A DNA stretch of 64,000 bases from assembly GCF_006345805.1 (NCBI RefSeq), contig NC_043002.1, positions 43,090,001-43,154,000 of the forward strand, given 5' to 3'. Made by a program: the position numbers and the translations under genes. The notes under the pieces are model-generated. The model was not told where the DNA came from. It was given only the letters and a program-made list of their open reading frames with translations, and did not search any database. Below, in pieces: positions 22,581-37,170 of this stretch (within the stretch, counting starts at the first letter, position 1; each line of letters opens with the position of its first letter). Origin of the DNA: Octopus sinensis (lineage: Eukaryota).

Positions 22581-22910
22581 AACCCTAACCCTTAAACCTT
22601 AAAGCTAAAACAAGTACAAACGCCCGAACGATGTCATAAATAACAGTGACAAACGAAAAATACACCGCCAATAGTTGTTGACAAACAACGGCAGTAATTT
22701 TATTCAGCTGAATACACGTCATTGATTGGTTGAAATTACCGAAATACAACAACTTTAAAATGAAATAACTTCGTAAATATAAGTTTTTCTCAAAGATGCT
22801 AAGAGTAAAATATGTTTATATATGACACATTCTACAAGTGTCCGAAGTTTGAAAGTGTTTAGTTACAAAAAATTATTTTAAAAATCTGTCGGTCAAAAGG
22901 TAAAGATCCG
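22581..22910. mobile_element. Probable end of a non-autonomous DNA transposon adjoining the minisatellite
   Basis: Starts ACCCTAACCCTTAAACC and ends AAAAGGTAAAGATCC; the style resembles satellite-bearing non-autonomous elements; family not identified. Confidence 0.4.
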
Positions 22911-24089
22911 CGGCATTTCGTTGTCTTTATGTTCTGAGTTCAAATGCCCCCGTGGTAGGCTCTGCCGTTCGTCCTTTTAGGCTCAATAACATAAGTACCT
23001 GTTGAACACTGGGGTCGATGTAACCGACCTACACCCTCCCTTGAACTTGCTAACCTTGTGCTGAAATTGGAAATTAATACTAACGAAAGATTTTTACACG
23101 CGCACACATACACATGTGTGTGTGCGTGTTTTAATAACTTTTGAAACTATGGACACTGCACTAAATCCAGTCTTCTTCAATACAAGTTCAAATTTCAGTA
23201 GAGTTGCTTTATTTTCCAAGATACATAAAATAAACAACAGCAACATACTGTTGTCATCATAAGATTCCCTGACAAATGTTAAACCTTTTAGATATTTAAA
23301 TATCACTGCTCTGATGTTTACATGTTCCTCTGCTGTCAATTGAACAAAGTATACTTCAGAACATTCTTGTACACATGACTGAGCATGCCCAATGGCAACA
23401 ACTAAGCTGATATGAAACTACATGTGTACTTACTGATATTCCACTAAAGAAAGAAAAAAAGAGAAAAGGAAGGGCGGACCGACTAAAAAGAAGTATAGAA
23501 ACAGCGCATTGAATGCTGAGGTGTAATATATGTTGTATAACTAGAAAACTATTTAGAGCAATAAATAAATGACGCATTCGTTTTTTATTTGTTGGCAGTA
23601 GAGAAAACTGTATCGATAGCTCTAGCCCGTCTTTCAAAACTGTTGCATTTAGAAAAACAGGAATAACAACTTAAATTAAACAAGTCGTCGCAGTGCAAGG
23701 AGAGACGTAGAAGCACCACACCAATAAACAAGAAAAAACAAAACAAAAACAAAATAAAAACTCTTCATTTAAGGGAGGTTATTTCTATAACATTACCTGG
23801 TTGGGTTAGTCCTGTAATTAAAAATGGATCTACGTCGTTTTCGACGGTGAATTTTCAGGCTGCTTGATCAACTGAACAATCAGGTCATTTAATTAATGTG
23901 TATGTGGCTGAGTGTTCCTCAGATGCGCATAGCCTTAGCAAATTTATAAGGCAGAAAAAGCGTGACAGAGGAAGTGGTAAAATTTATCCTTCGTATTATA
24001 AGAACAATCCACCTAGCTGGTTTCTATCCAGTTTCTGTCAACCCGCAAGAACTCAAGAGATCATGATAACAAAGTGATCTTTATTTTTT

Positions 24090-24245
24090 TAACTAATTGG
24101 TAATTCACGCATTCTAGACTTTCAATCTTCCTTTTAAGGTCACCCTTGCCGAGCCACGTCCATGACACTTCCTGGTCTTTTAAGCTGTTAGTTCCACGGT
24201 AAAACTGACCATGTAATTCCATGCGGAGTGGAGTTTCTTACCTCT
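24090..24245 (-). mobile_element. R4/Dong-type LINE fragment
   Basis: LRMELHGQFYRG...SWTWLGKGDLKRKIESL, matching the LHGQF..W.WL..GDLK.ETE region. Confidence 0.65.
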
Positions 24246-24819
24246 CGTTGGTTATTGGTGATCAGAATTCATTAGCACTCTCAATTCAGTTGTTGATAAA
24301 TTCTTCTGCATTGGCAGTATACTTTAGCGGGTCCTCTTTGCTGTTTACCAAATACTGTGTCATGTACTCTTCTTTTCTACCTTTTTACACTATAACTGTG
24401 TAGTAACTATAAAATATATAACGAAGCAGGGTAACAACAACGTAACAATCCAATAAACTCTTCACGAACTATATACGAACCAACAAACGTTATTCCGACA
24501 AACTACTAAAACGACTCCCTGCGATTAACGCCTACCCTCTGTCATCTCACTTAGACCGCTACTATTTAGAAGTAGTTTGGTCAGTCTGTTCTCGCAGGGG
24601 GTATCATGATTCTCGTCACACAAAAGTGCTGTCCCCATAAAGCATCACACAGAGCCCGTCGTCCCTTCCCTCATTATCTACACTACCGATATATTGCATT
24701 GCTTACTCGGTCCGTCAGGAGTATCTTTGTCATTTCTACTGTACGTGCTGGCTTTTGAGCCACTACAGTGGAAGTTGAACCTAACCGGTGATCAGGTACA
24801 TCTCATCGCAGCTCGTCCC

Positions 24820-25000
24820 TGAGTCAAGCAAAAACTGAAATTGGGCACCTGGAAACCAGAATGTCGTAGAACGCTCATTGGTCTATGTCAAACGAGAGAC
24901 GTGAATAGTGAAAGCTCCAGAACTCTAGAGATGATTGATGACGGAGAAAAGTAACGACGTTCTCGAGGAAGCTCCGAGCATCTACTGAAACGAAATAACT
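24820..25000 (+). mobile_element. Highly decayed RTE endonuclease start
   Basis: LKLGTW..NV.RTL (GTWNVRTL motif with an insertion). Confidence 0.4.
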
Positions 25001-25849
25001 AATCTGTTCTAGAGTACTTTCGAATGGGGTACTACTATGTATAATATCTAGAAGTCTGTGGAGCTATATCGAACAGCTACTGTTGTGAGTGAAAAGGATT
25101 CCGTTATCAGCTGAGTACATCGTGATAAATTGTTCCGCTATCCTCCTTTAATAGGTTAGAGAAGATTGTTTACATCTGGTGGTTAGAGCGAAAGCGATAT
25201 GGTGAACGAGCCGAAAACAGGGACTGGTTTAGTAAAGTGCGCATAGGCTAGTAACACCTGCCAACGGCTACCCAATGTAATTTTATACTGACGTAATTTG
25301 ATCATTGTAAGAGAAGTAGTTTGATTGATATACCTTATTTTTACCGTCCTCACTCAATCAGTTTGTCTTTCACTTGTTATTTACTCTCTGAATCTATTTC
25401 TCTTTGTTTCTGGTAACATATCACCTTACATTGTCTAAGAATATTTCCTTTCGTTGTCGAGCAAATAAAATTGGAGGAGTGAAACCCTTTTCAAGATATT
25501 CCCACAAGAGGTGTTGAAATGAACACTGAAAGCTAGTCAGTCTTACAGAGCTGTTTTCAAATTTTTGTTATTGCCTCTGATTCTAGAATCATAACCTAGC
25601 ACTATCATAGAAATGCCATGGTTCTAATATTCAAACGCAATCCTAACAATCTTTTACATTGTCATAAGTCGAAAATGTTAGTGAAATGTTGACCCATCAA
25701 ACCAACTTACGAACTCGACTTTTTCTAATTTTATCCATTTTAGGAGGCTGAAAAGCAAAGAGAAGTACAATAACGCATAGTATTTTCTCCGGCGCTCTAC
25801 TGATTTTGTCATCCTAATCGAAATCCTAATTATTTTAATTTAACATAAG

Positions 25850-26790
25850 CAAAATCTATTTCATCTGACCGCTACCTTGGGCATGCAGTTCTATTAAAGA
25901 ATAGAAATCAACCTGTTAGCTGTTAAGATACCGTAATTGTCAAAGTATTGATCTACTTTACTCTTGTGTTGATAATAAAATACCATGCCTGTCCTGGTGT
26001 TTATTTCATTCACTCTAAGTTAGTGTGAGAAGTCAATAATATTAAATGTTCTTTACACCCACCCTAAGAAAATTAACTTTATTTTCTATGAAATTTACTT
26101 GATTGCTAGATGTTGTAAAGACTGTTACAGGCACCCTAGCCTTGTCTCTTGCGTTTCAAGAAGTCTTTCTTAGTCAGCAGCATACAACTATAGTTACTTG
26201 AAGTGACTAATCTCCTAGAATCAGATATCATCGTTGGACTAAATTGGAGAGTGGCCTTCATCTTCATTGGTGGTCATGTACTCAGTCTTCTTTGCATTGA
26301 GAAACTCACGGACTTTGCAATATTTTCGAAAGAAGATAATTAGTCTTGCGCTTCATACAGTTGATTGGCTTTGAGTGCAGAATCTTTAGTGTAGTCAAGT
26401 TCAGCAAGATATAGGTTCTACTGGCACCTTAATCTCTTCTGTTTCTGTTTCTGGAGAGGTCCATGTCTTGGATGTGAGGAAGTCTACTCGAGGGTGCAGG
26501 CTACCATAACAATGAAATAAAAAAAGCTAGAGTCTCATCTCAAAGAATCCTTGCTGTTGCTGGAAACAATTTAGTTGAATAGTCTGTACTTCGCACACAA
26601 CTTGATGGGGTTACATACATGATGATGATAGTTTTGGCAATTTAGCAAGACGTGTAACTTGGCCTATCTGTTGACATTCCAAATCCATTGAAGTCCACAA
26701 ATGCAAATAATACCTTTCGCCAGGAGTTTCTGACTTAGTTTATGATTCTTGTAAGGTCAATGTATTGATCTGCTTTTGCGGAAGTTATAT
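25850..26790 (-). mobile_element. Decayed RTE-clade LINE reverse transcriptase
   Basis: Remnants of FVDF, GVLQGDTLA.FLF and LAELDYTKDSAL..EAQD.L..ENIAKSV..LNAKKTEYM (cf. LDYADDIAL..LNAKKTEYM); may extend to about 27800. Confidence 0.7.
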
Positions 26791-26799
26791 TGATTCCAT

Positions 26800-26935
26800 A
26801 GTGAAGACACACGGCCTAGTAATTAGGGTGTTGTACTTACGATCGGGCAGTTGTAGCTTCAATTCTTAGACCGGGTGGTGCGTTGCATTCTTCAGAAAAA
26901 CACTTCATCACGTGGTGCTCTGCGATCACTTTGGT
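26800..26935 (+). mobile_element. Decayed tRNA-derived SINE (family of 8341)
   Basis: GTGAAGACACACGGCCTAGTAATTAGGGTGTTGTACTTACGATCG head. Confidence 0.55.
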
Positions 26936-28951
26936 AGTACAGGGTGCACCTACTCAGGAAACGTCGATTTGATGAAAGGAGTGAGCTAATGAACGGTACA
27001 AACATTTGATCACTATAAGCAAATCGTTTGTGCAGGTTGTTTAGCAAGAAATTGCAGACCTGTCTTTCTCAGAGTACGAGAGACTACCCTCATTGGTTCT
27101 GTCTTATGATGTGATAACTATGAGGGAATTCTATCCAAGAGAATAAAGTGTTAGATTTTTTTAGACTAACCTCGAATGTGTTATTCTTCTGTAGTTCTGA
27201 GGCAGGTGAAATCATTGAAGATTTCAAAGAGACCCGTTTCCTAAAAAGGTCTCGTTACAGAAGTCAAAGAAATATTTGTGGAAGAGTGAACTTATGTTAG
27301 CTGGCATGTTAATTAAACTTGTTGTCTTTATCATTCTTAATTTCTTTTTTTGGCATTTTCAAACCTAAATGGGCTAGCCTGGATCGGCAGCCGATCTGCT
27401 ACTTGCTACTGAAGAAAGGATCGTTGTCAAATACACTTCAGAGTAGCTCGGTTTTACCAAAAAATCAATCTGAAGATCTGAAACCAGGCACGTAGACGTC
27501 GGTCCATATCTTGCCCTACAATGTAGACCCCCACCTCCCCGAGGAATCTTACTTGTTGGAACGTTCTCTTACAGTTCCTCGAGTGGCAGTATTTTGTTTT
27601 CATTCTGGAGGGTGTTAAATTCTTCAGTTCTTAACTAGGATTTGATGTTTTCTTGTAATACTTCCTTTACTAGTGGATCAAGATTGTTGTCTGCGCACTG
27701 CATTCTTCAAATCCACCCTGGTCCTTTTTACCTTTATCTTGGAGTCGAAACCTGAACTATAAAAAAAAGAGCTTCAAGATCGTTCTGATAGTAGGCGTAC
27801 TAGGGTTCTATAAAGGAATCAAATATTTTAAGATGTTAGAACATGACAAAAGAAATGATATATTGACTCACCCCACTGTCGTACTGAACATTATATCATA
27901 CCAGGTGTTGTATTTATGATACTCCTGGATATCAACAGAAGGCGAAGATCACTCAACTACATGAATATTATTGGCTTATGTACATAACATGAAACTGAGG
28001 ACCTAACAAACAAAGCTATTGTGGGACTAAGACATATGGCGCAGCGTGATGAAACGCAACTATGTTGCGAACGATTGAAGAAGAAGAAATTAGACTCTTC
28101 TAATGTTATACCAGGACACTCAGCTTATGTAAAAAATTAATTTCATTTTTGGGTTTGAAATAAGTATATAATTATTTCTATTAAATTCATCGAGTCAGCT
28201 TTTATCTCATGCATTTTCAAAGTTATCTAAACTACAGGTTTACAGACTCAATTTGATTATTTTTTTCTTTTATCTAGAAACAATATCAACCATTTATAGA
28301 AAAGGGTAACAAAATTGATGGAAGTTGACGTTCTTTTTAATGAACTAACTGAATTAAATTCAGTTGAAGATTGAAAATGGCTTACAAATTTGTTTTCCTT
28401 CAGCTTAACCTGAATTATTGTTCGATAATATCAACCATTCTCCAGACGCCACATTAAATGCACCAATAGTTCATGAACATTTAATCTATGGCTGCTATTA
28501 TGAACTGCGCCCTTCATTAGTGACTACAATAATTACATATAAGTATTGTGAATAGAAATACATATACAGGTTTCATCATACGTGAATAGCTTCCTTTTTG
28601 ACACTTTTCTAAAAAAAAAAAACAACTATACAATTTAATATTAGAAATAGTCTAAACGCAAATCAGTTGAAATTATATATACTATATACTATTAGTTAGC
28701 ACGACATATTAAAAAAAAGATACAGTTGGCTGCACATGGTTCCGGGTTCATTCCCACGGCGTATATGTATGGGTATGTGCGTGTGTGTTTGTATGTGTAT
28801 GAGTGTATCTATTGTGTGTGTTTTTGTGTCTGTGTTTGTGCTCCAATCACCTGTCGACAGCCAGTGTTAGTGTGTTGGTATATATGTATATATGCACACA
28901 CACATACCAATATACGCGCGCGCGCACAACACAAATACACGCACTGACACA

Positions 28952-28986
<35 letters not shown>

Positions 28987-29536
28987 ACACGCACACACTG
29001 ACACACACATACACAAAAACTCATACATATATTAACTTTAGGAAATTCTAACTAATAAATTATTCCTACTGAATATCCTTGTGCTTTTACGAGGGTGTGT
29101 TTTCCATGCGTCACTTCCTTCTAGATTTTGACATTTATATAACCTAAGTGTTGATAAAAAAAAATGTATTTTAAATTTATGGTGGTCAGTTTATATTTCC
29201 TTCTCGATATGTTGATCCTGTAACTTCATAAGTAGCATGATTTTGTTTTGGAGTCATGGTATTTCATAGGAAGATTTTATTTTTTACAATTCTTAGATCT
29301 GTTTTGTAATCTTCTGTATTTAATTTATAATTTTAAGCGATACAACAAAAATAATACACTAATAAAAATGTCATTGACCTATAAAGAAAGAATAGTATAT
29401 TGAGAATTTCATGTCTTACTAATTACACACAAAACTGTTCATGCACGTGTTGTATACGTAAATTCGTTCCAAGGATAGTCGTGGTGAATGCTAAAAAATA
29501 TAGAGCTATTCATTACCATGGATACATTGGAATGTA

Positions 29537-30445
29537 TTGGGCCATCCCATGAATAATGCGGTTTTTTCAATTGCATGTAGCAAAAGTCGGAGGGGAACGG
29601 GATAAACTACCTGTATCAGTTGCTTTAAAAGCAAGTAGTAATTTTACCTTTTATTTCTCTTAGTGCTAGTTTTGAAGAGTGCAGTTCGATTTTAACAGTT
29701 ATTTTTTCAAAGCTATAATGGAAGTGACAAAGGAGCATATTCTGTATATTCTTTCCTGTTACGTCTCATGATTGAACCTTTTTGGACTGAATAGTGACTG
29801 GTGATGAGAAATGGGTTTTCTATAAAAATGTCAAGCGCCGAAAACAGTGGGTAGGGAAAAGAGAAACACCGGCACCTCAGGCTAAAGAAAGTCTTCACCC
29901 ACTTAAGGTGTTGTTATCTGTTTGGTGGGATATGAAAGGTTTAGTCTACTTTGAACTTTTAAATGCAACCCAAATGATAACAAAGGAGATCTACTGCGAG
30001 CAGCTTGAACAACTTAAGTCAACTCTGGAAGAAAAACGACCATCTTTGGTTTAAAGACGGAAAGTGTTCTTCCATCAAGTAATGCTCGGCCACATACAGC
30101 GAGGATGACATTTCAAAAGCTGGAGCAGTTTGAGTGGGAAACGATGCTCCACCTACCATATTCACCGGACATTGCCTCATCTGATTATCATTTATTCCGC
30201 AGTCTTTAAAATTATTTGGACGAATTACATATGAATTCTGTAGACAAGGTCAGAAAAGTAATGGAGGAGTATTTTTCGCCACGGACGAGTGAATTTTGGA
30301 AGAGGGGCCTTGCAAGTCTATCAAATAGGTAGAAGAGTATTGAAGGAGATTATATTTTAGATTAAATCTTTTTTAATCTTTGTTTATCTTGATATTGAAA
30401 ATAAAAGAAGTATAATAAAAGCGCATTATTTATGGTATGGCCTAA
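29537..30445 (+). mobile_element. Internally deleted mariner (DD34D) transposon
   Basis: TIRs TTGGGCCATCCCATGAATAATGCG and CGCATTATTTATGGTATGGCCTAA, each flanked by TA; TGDEKWVFY..LHPLKVLLSVWWD..NARPH..HPPYSPDIASSDYHLFRSL with stops and frameshifts. Confidence 0.92.
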
Positions 30446-30851
30446 TAGCTTCAAATAACAACTGAAATTAATTCATAGCACTAACATAGCTAATGTCTTA
30501 GATCAACCTATTTTGAGAAGCGGGCCGCATGAAACATGACTCATCATCAGGCTGGCCGCACTACTAAAAAGATTATTTTCATTAGAAGTGCCCTTCAGAA
30601 AGTCCTGCGAGCCGCAGTTAGCTCATAACTCTTCTCGACAAAGGCATTAACATAATTTTCTCATCTCCTTTCTTAAAATTCAGCGTGTGTATTTCTTCAA
30701 TAGAAACTAATATCTAACGAGTTTTGTTGGCAGTCCATTATCTACTCTGAATTTTCGTTTGAAGCCAATTGTTGTGACTTAGGCTTCTAATTCTTTTCAA
30801 AAAGGCATGACCATTATGCAATCTTATCTTTCTTTCCTACATGCCTAAAGC

Positions 30852-31224
30852 TTTATTACCTCTGCCTTAGCGAAGGCAGAGGTATTATTTTCAGTCGTGT
30901 TTGTTTGTTTGTTTGTTTGTCTGTGGACAAGATATCTCAAGAACCTCTGAATGGATGCGGATGAAACTTCCTGAGATGTTTGTGACTGGCACGAACTGAT
31001 TAGATTTTGTGATCGATCCGGTACCGGACAAGGATTCTGGATTATTTTTTCTGTTTTTTTTACTTAACTTTTGAGAGCGGTCGGGTTCATTCTTAGTATT
31101 CTCGTTTGTGAGAGCAGTCGAGTTTATTTCAGATATTCTCATTTTATAAATCACCTCTGTCTAATCTTTGAGAGGAAGATGGTGTTGCTTTGGCGGAAGT
31201 TTGCACTCTCTGATTCCTCTTGTT
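30852..31224 (+). mobile_element. Helentron-type non-autonomous element (HINE/DINE-1-like)
   Basis: 5' ATTACCTCTGCC..hairpin..GGCAGAGGT, (GTTT)n(GTCT) microsatellite, GATGAAACTT core and 3' GGCGGAAGTTTGCACTCTCTGA subterminal repeat. Confidence 0.7.
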
Positions 31225-32154
31225 ATATTTATAATTTATTTTGTTTTATTTTTATTCCTTGCGGTATTTAGTTGCGTCCCTTTACTTTTTGAGTTCAAAC
31301 CCTACCAAGACTTAACACTTCGGTCTTTCAGAGTTAATAAAATTAAGTATCTGTCAAAAAGCAGGGGTGATACAATCGATTATCTTTTTCCTCTCTAATA
31401 AATTTGCTGTCTTCTGTCTAATTTTAGAAATTACTATGTTAACAGTTAGAGTAGATTCCAGACGGCTGGGTTAGGCTATCAGTGAGCATTTTTTTTTCTT
31501 ATGGAATCTCTGTACAAGATACTGTATTCTATGTACACTGTACTGTTAACTGTTAGGCATACAGGTCAATATTGAGGGAGAAATTAAGGCGGGGTGTTGG
31601 TAGAATCCTTAGTACGCAGGGCAAAATGATCTGCGTGATTTCGTGATTTCGTCCGTCTTTATGTTCTAAGTTCAATTTCCATAGAGGTCGACTTTGCCTT
31701 CATCCTTTCGGGGTCGATATAATAAGTACCGGTTGATAAGTGGGGTTCGATGTAATCGACTTACCTCCGGCTCCGAAATTGCTGGCCTTGTGCCAAAATT
31801 TGAAACCAATATTATTATTACCAAGTAAGGTGGCGAGCTGACAAAATCGTTAGTAGGCAGGGCAAAATGCTTAGAGACATTTCGTATGTTTTCAAGCACT
31901 GGGGTCAATGTAATCGATACGCCCTCACCCCAAACTTTCAGGCCTTGTGCCTATTGCAGAAAAGAATATTAACACTATGTTATTACCATCAATTGGTGCT
32001 TTAGATTCGCAAATGCTATATTCCTAGAAATAAATTCATTAAATTTCGTTAGAAACTTATGTAATTTATGTATATACATATATATGTATACATACATACA
32101 TACATGTATGTATGTATGTATGTATGTATATACCACACAGCCACTCCTAATAAA

Positions 32155-32290
32155 AATTAGGAGTGGTTGTGTGGTAAGTAGCTTGCTTACCAACCACATG
32201 GTTCCGGGTTCACTTTGGGCAAGTGTCTTCTACTATAGCCTCGGGCCGACCAAAGCCTTGTGAGTGGATTTGGTAGACAGAAACTGAAAT
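32155..32290 (+). mobile_element. Partial OR2-like CORE SINE
   Basis: GGAGTGGTTGTGTGGTAAGTAGCTTGCTTACCAACCACATGGTTCCGGGTTCA head. Confidence 0.75.
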
Positions 32291-32505
32291 TTCGTTAAGG
32301 TAAAATTCAGAGGGTGTTATGCTATGGGAGTGATTAGACATAACACGCAAGAGCCAACATATTCACAGCCAACTGTTTTGGGTGAATATAAAATATAATA
32401 TAAGGGTGTGTTATGTATAAAACGTTTATAAACCGGACAGGATTCATGGTGAATTTGTTAAATACTGAAAGAGGCGAAGAGAAATAGGGTGAGGTTACAA
32501 GCAGG

Positions 32506-32513
32506 TATAAATA
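32506..32513 (+). promoter_or_regulatory. Candidate TATA box of the myosin-domain gene
   Basis: GGTATAAATACAG about 200 nt upstream of the Kozak ATG; weak evidence on its own in AT-rich DNA. Confidence 0.3.
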
Positions 32514-32713
32514 CAGAAGCAGAAGCCGAAAAGAAACAAACAATGAAAAGTGGAGTAGGTATGCATACAAAGAAAGCATACCAAACAAATAAATAAAGAA
32601 AAATGATTTGAAACGTGTTACGATATCAACCAGATATATCAAAGTAATAATTTTCTTTCTCGAAAGTTTTAGAACGTATATTATAGCAGTTGAACTTTCA
32701 TGATATATCCACC

Positions 32714-32809
32714 ATGAGTGACTTTGATAATTTAAACAAACTCGACAACTTTAAAATTGAAACTATACAAGATATCATTAAAAAAAGATTTGAGGATGAC
32801 ATAATATAC
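32714..32809 (+). CDS. First coding exon of a protein beginning with a myosin motor domain (MSDFDNLNKLDNFKIETIQDIIKKRFEDDIIY)
   Basis: CCACCATG Kozak; 32 codons matching the myosin-head start D.L..L....E..I...L..RF..D.IY; ends at a perfect phase-0 GTAAGT donor just before the expected TYIG. Later exons not found in the window. Confidence 0.6.
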
Positions 32810-32901
32810 GTAAGTACTTATCTTTCACTATCTTTTTAAGACATTAGAAGGGCAGAAACAAACACCATTTGACTTAACCCAACTAAACACACACACACAC
32901 A

Positions 32902-32942
<41 letters not shown>

Positions 32943-33323
32943 CACACACACACATACAAACACACACACATCTATGTGTGTGTATATATATATTTAAATA
33001 TATACAAATATATATACATATGTATACACATATGTATAAGCATTCCTGTCACAATCTGAACCTGATGAATGCTTAAATGCAAGAAAGTATACTAGTTCAA
33101 TGAGAATAGACATGATATTTAATTTTCAATATTTCATTTGCTCAATAAGACAATCAATACTTCATTTCGTTTCTTTCTTACTATATATTCAATATTCTAT
33201 ATCCTATATTAATATTATAAGAATACAAATAAAACAAAAAACAGTTGTAATTCCTTTGAGTAATATATTCTTCTATACACAATCATACAACCCCTTTGTA
33301 TATATACATATTTATATATATAC

Positions 33324-33413
<90 letters not shown>

Positions 33414-33959
33414 TACACACACATGTATGTATGTATGTATGTATGTATGTATGTATGTATGTATGTAGGAATAGTTTAGTTTGTTCCATATTTTTATATC
33501 ACGTTAAGGTGGTGATCTGGCAGAATCCTAAGCACGACGGACAAAAATGTTTAGCAACATTTTGTCCGTCTTCAAGTTCTGAGTTCAATTTCATCCGAGG
33601 TTGGCCCCCCCCCCATCTTTTATCGTTTCGGGGCGATAAAATAAATAGCACTTGAATACTAGAGTGTGTTAAATCAGCCTAAACTCCTTTCCTGAAATTG
33701 CTTGCTTCCTACCAAAATTTGAAACCAATATATTTTTATCTCATGTTAATTATATTCCTTACGCAAAAAGAACGTATCGGTATATACTGAATTATATCAG
33801 AACAAGGGAAAAGAATGATCGAGAAATTAAACTCTTGACTAAGCAGTAATTTAAGAATGAACAATGGTTTTAATTACTGAGCTTGTATCTGAATTATTCA
33901 TACCTTTTTAATGTACTTTGTCTTTCGTTGTGCAGTCTTTTGTTCTTGTTCCTCCCTTA

Positions 33960-34128
33960 AAGGCGTAGGAGTGGCTGCGTGGTAAGTAGTTTGCTTACCA
34001 ACCACATGATTCCGAGTTCAGTCCCACTTCGTGGCACCTCGGGCAAGTGTCTTCTACTATAGCCTCGGGCCGACCAAAGCCTTGTGAGTGGATTTAGTAG
34101 ACTGAAACTGAAAGAAGCTCGTCGTATA

Positions 34129-34198
<70 letters not shown>

Positions 34199-34411
34199 CA
34201 TATTTGTGTGTCTGTGTTTGTCCCCCAACATCGCTTGACAACCGACGCTGGTGTGTTTATGTCCCCGTAACTTAGCGGTTCGGCAAAAGACACGATAGAA
34301 TAAGTACTAGGCTTACAAAGAACAAGTCCTGGGGTCGATTTGCTCGACTAAAGGCGGTGCTCCAGCATAGCCACAGTCAAATGACTGGAGCAAGTAAAAG
34401 AGTAAAAGAGT
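33960..34411 (+). mobile_element. Full OR2-like CORE SINE with internal (TA)n(TG)n
   Basis: tRNA head, GGCACCTCGGGCAAGTGTCTT CORE-like block, internal microsatellite, 3' GGTGCTCCAGCAT.GCC.CAGTCAAATGACTG and (GTAAAAGA)n tail. Confidence 0.85.
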
Positions 34412-34457
34412 ACTCTCATTCACTCATTCTATCTCTCACACAAACATTCCTTCTATT

Positions 34458-34507
<50 letters not shown>

Positions 34508-34648
34508 CAAACATAAATTGAAAACAGAACACGATATCCTTTGTGTTCTGTTTTCAGTTTATGTTTGATATATTCTCTCACCTCTGCCTCTATCTGGCAT
34601 ATACTGGTGCTTGCACTTATCAAGTATTCCCTCTAAACTTACAGTACC

Positions 34649-34715
<67 letters not shown>

Positions 34716-35033
34716 ATGTACATTTAAACACAAGAGAAACTGCCTTCAACACACAGTTTTACACGCTAGAAGTAGTCAAAACGACCAAAAACCACATTAT
34801 CTATCTATCTACCTATCTACCTTTCAAAATGTGACCTCGTGTGTACCGTTGGCGATTTTTTCCCCTCTGTCTTCCCTTCTCTGGATCTTTCCTTCTCCTA
34901 TGTTTCCGACGAAGAACTCCGCTCGAAACGTTAAGCCCTCCTTCTTTCCTTCTTTCCTGAGCGTCCAATAATGCTATATTTGTTCCACGTCCTCGCGTTG
35001 TTGTTTTTTTGTGCTTTCTTGTTTGGATTAACT

Positions 35034-35130
<97 letters not shown>

Positions 35131-35173
35131 CGTAACTATATGTGAGTGCGAACGTGCGTGTGTGCGTGCGTGC

Positions 35174-35206
<33 letters not shown>

Positions 35207-35464
35207 TATTTGTGTGTCTGTGTTTGTCCCCCAACATCGCTTGACAACCGACGCTGGTGTGTTTATGTCCCCGTAACTTAGCGGTTCGGCAAAAGACACC
35301 GATAGAATAAGTACTAGGCTTACAAAGAACAAGTCCTGGGGTCGATTTGCTCGACTAAAGGCGGTGCTCCAGCATAGCCACAGTCAAATGACTGGAGCAA
35401 GTAAAAGAGTAAAAGAGTACTCTCATTCACTCATTCTATCTCTCACACAAACATTCCTTCTATT

Positions 35465-35510
<46 letters not shown>

Positions 35511-35651
35511 CAAACATAAATTGAAAACAGAACACGATATCCTTTGTGTTCTGTTTTCAGTTTATGTTTGATATATTCTCTCACCTCTGCCTCTATCTGG
35601 CATATACTGGTGCTTGCACTTATCAAGTATTCCCTCTAAACTTACAGTACC

Positions 35652-35712
<61 letters not shown>

Positions 35713-36034
35713 AAATAATGTACATTTAAACACAAGAGAAACTGCCTTCAACACACAGTTTTACACGCTAGAAGTAGTCAAAACGACCAAAACCACATTA
35801 TCTATCTATCTACCTATCTACCTTTCAAAATGTGACCTCGTGTGTACCGTTGGCGATTTTTTCCCCTCTGTCTTCCCTTCTCTGGATCTTTCCTTCTCCT
35901 ATGTTTCCGACGAAGAACTCCGCTCGAAACGTTAAGCCCTCCTTCTTTCCTTCTTTCCTGAGCGTCCAATAATGCTATATTTGTTCCACGTCCTCGCGTT
36001 GTTGTTTTTTTGTGCTTTCTTGTTTGGATTAACT

Positions 36035-36131
<97 letters not shown>

Positions 36132-36174
36132 CGTAACTATATGTGAGTGCGAACGTGCGTGTGTGCGTGCGTGC

Positions 36175-36207
<33 letters not shown>

Positions 36208-36465
36208 TATTTGTGTGTCTGTGTTTGTCCCCCAACATCGCTTGACAACCGACGCTGGTGTGTTTATGTCCCCGTAACTTAGCGGTTCGGCAAAAGACAC
36301 CGATAGAATAAGTACTAGGCTTACAAAGAACAAGTCCTGGGGTCGATTTGCTCGACTAAAGGCGGTGCTCCAGCATAGCCACAGTCAAATGACTGGAGCA
36401 AGTAAAAGAGTAAAAGAGTACTCTCATTCACTCATTCTATCTCTCACACAAACATTCCTTCTATT

Positions 36466-36511
<46 letters not shown>

Positions 36512-36652
36512 CAAACATAAATTGAAAACAGAACACGATATCCTTTGTGTTCTGTTTTCAGTTTATGTTTGATATATTCTCTCACCTCTGCCTCTATCTG
36601 GCATATACTGGTGCTTGCACTTATCAAGTATTCCCTCTAAACTTACAGTACC

Positions 36653-36713
<61 letters not shown>

Positions 36714-37041
36714 AAATAATGTACATTTAAACACAAGAGAAACTGCCTTCAACACACAGTTTTACACGCTAGAAGTAGTCAAAACGACCAAAACCACATT
36801 ATCTATCTATCTACCTATCTACCTTTCAAAATGTGACCTCGTGTGTACCGTTGGCGATTTTTTCCCCTCTGTCTTCCCTTCTCTGGATCTTTCCTTCTCC
36901 TATGTTTCCGACGAAGAACTCCGCTCGAAACGTTAAGCCCTCCTTCTTTCCTTCTTTCCTGAGCGTCCAATAATGCTATATTTGTTCCACGTCCTCGCGT
37001 TGTTGTTTTTTTGTGCTTTCTTGTTTGGATTAACTTTATCT

Positions 37042-37127
<86 letters not shown>

Positions 37128-37170
37128 CGTAACTATATGTGAGTGCGAACGTGCGTGTGTGCGTGCGTGC

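Noticed and set aside
27480-27570. IPRGGGGL on the minus strand, resembling an R2/R4 RT motif
   Set aside because: Isolated short match within decayed sequence; no supporting motifs in frame.
33780-33850. Candidate second myosin exons (TYRYIL here; HTGNLVL at about 52175; PQQYLAVCD at about 51308)
   Set aside because: None gives TYIG..IAVNP with proper splice sites; chance similarity.
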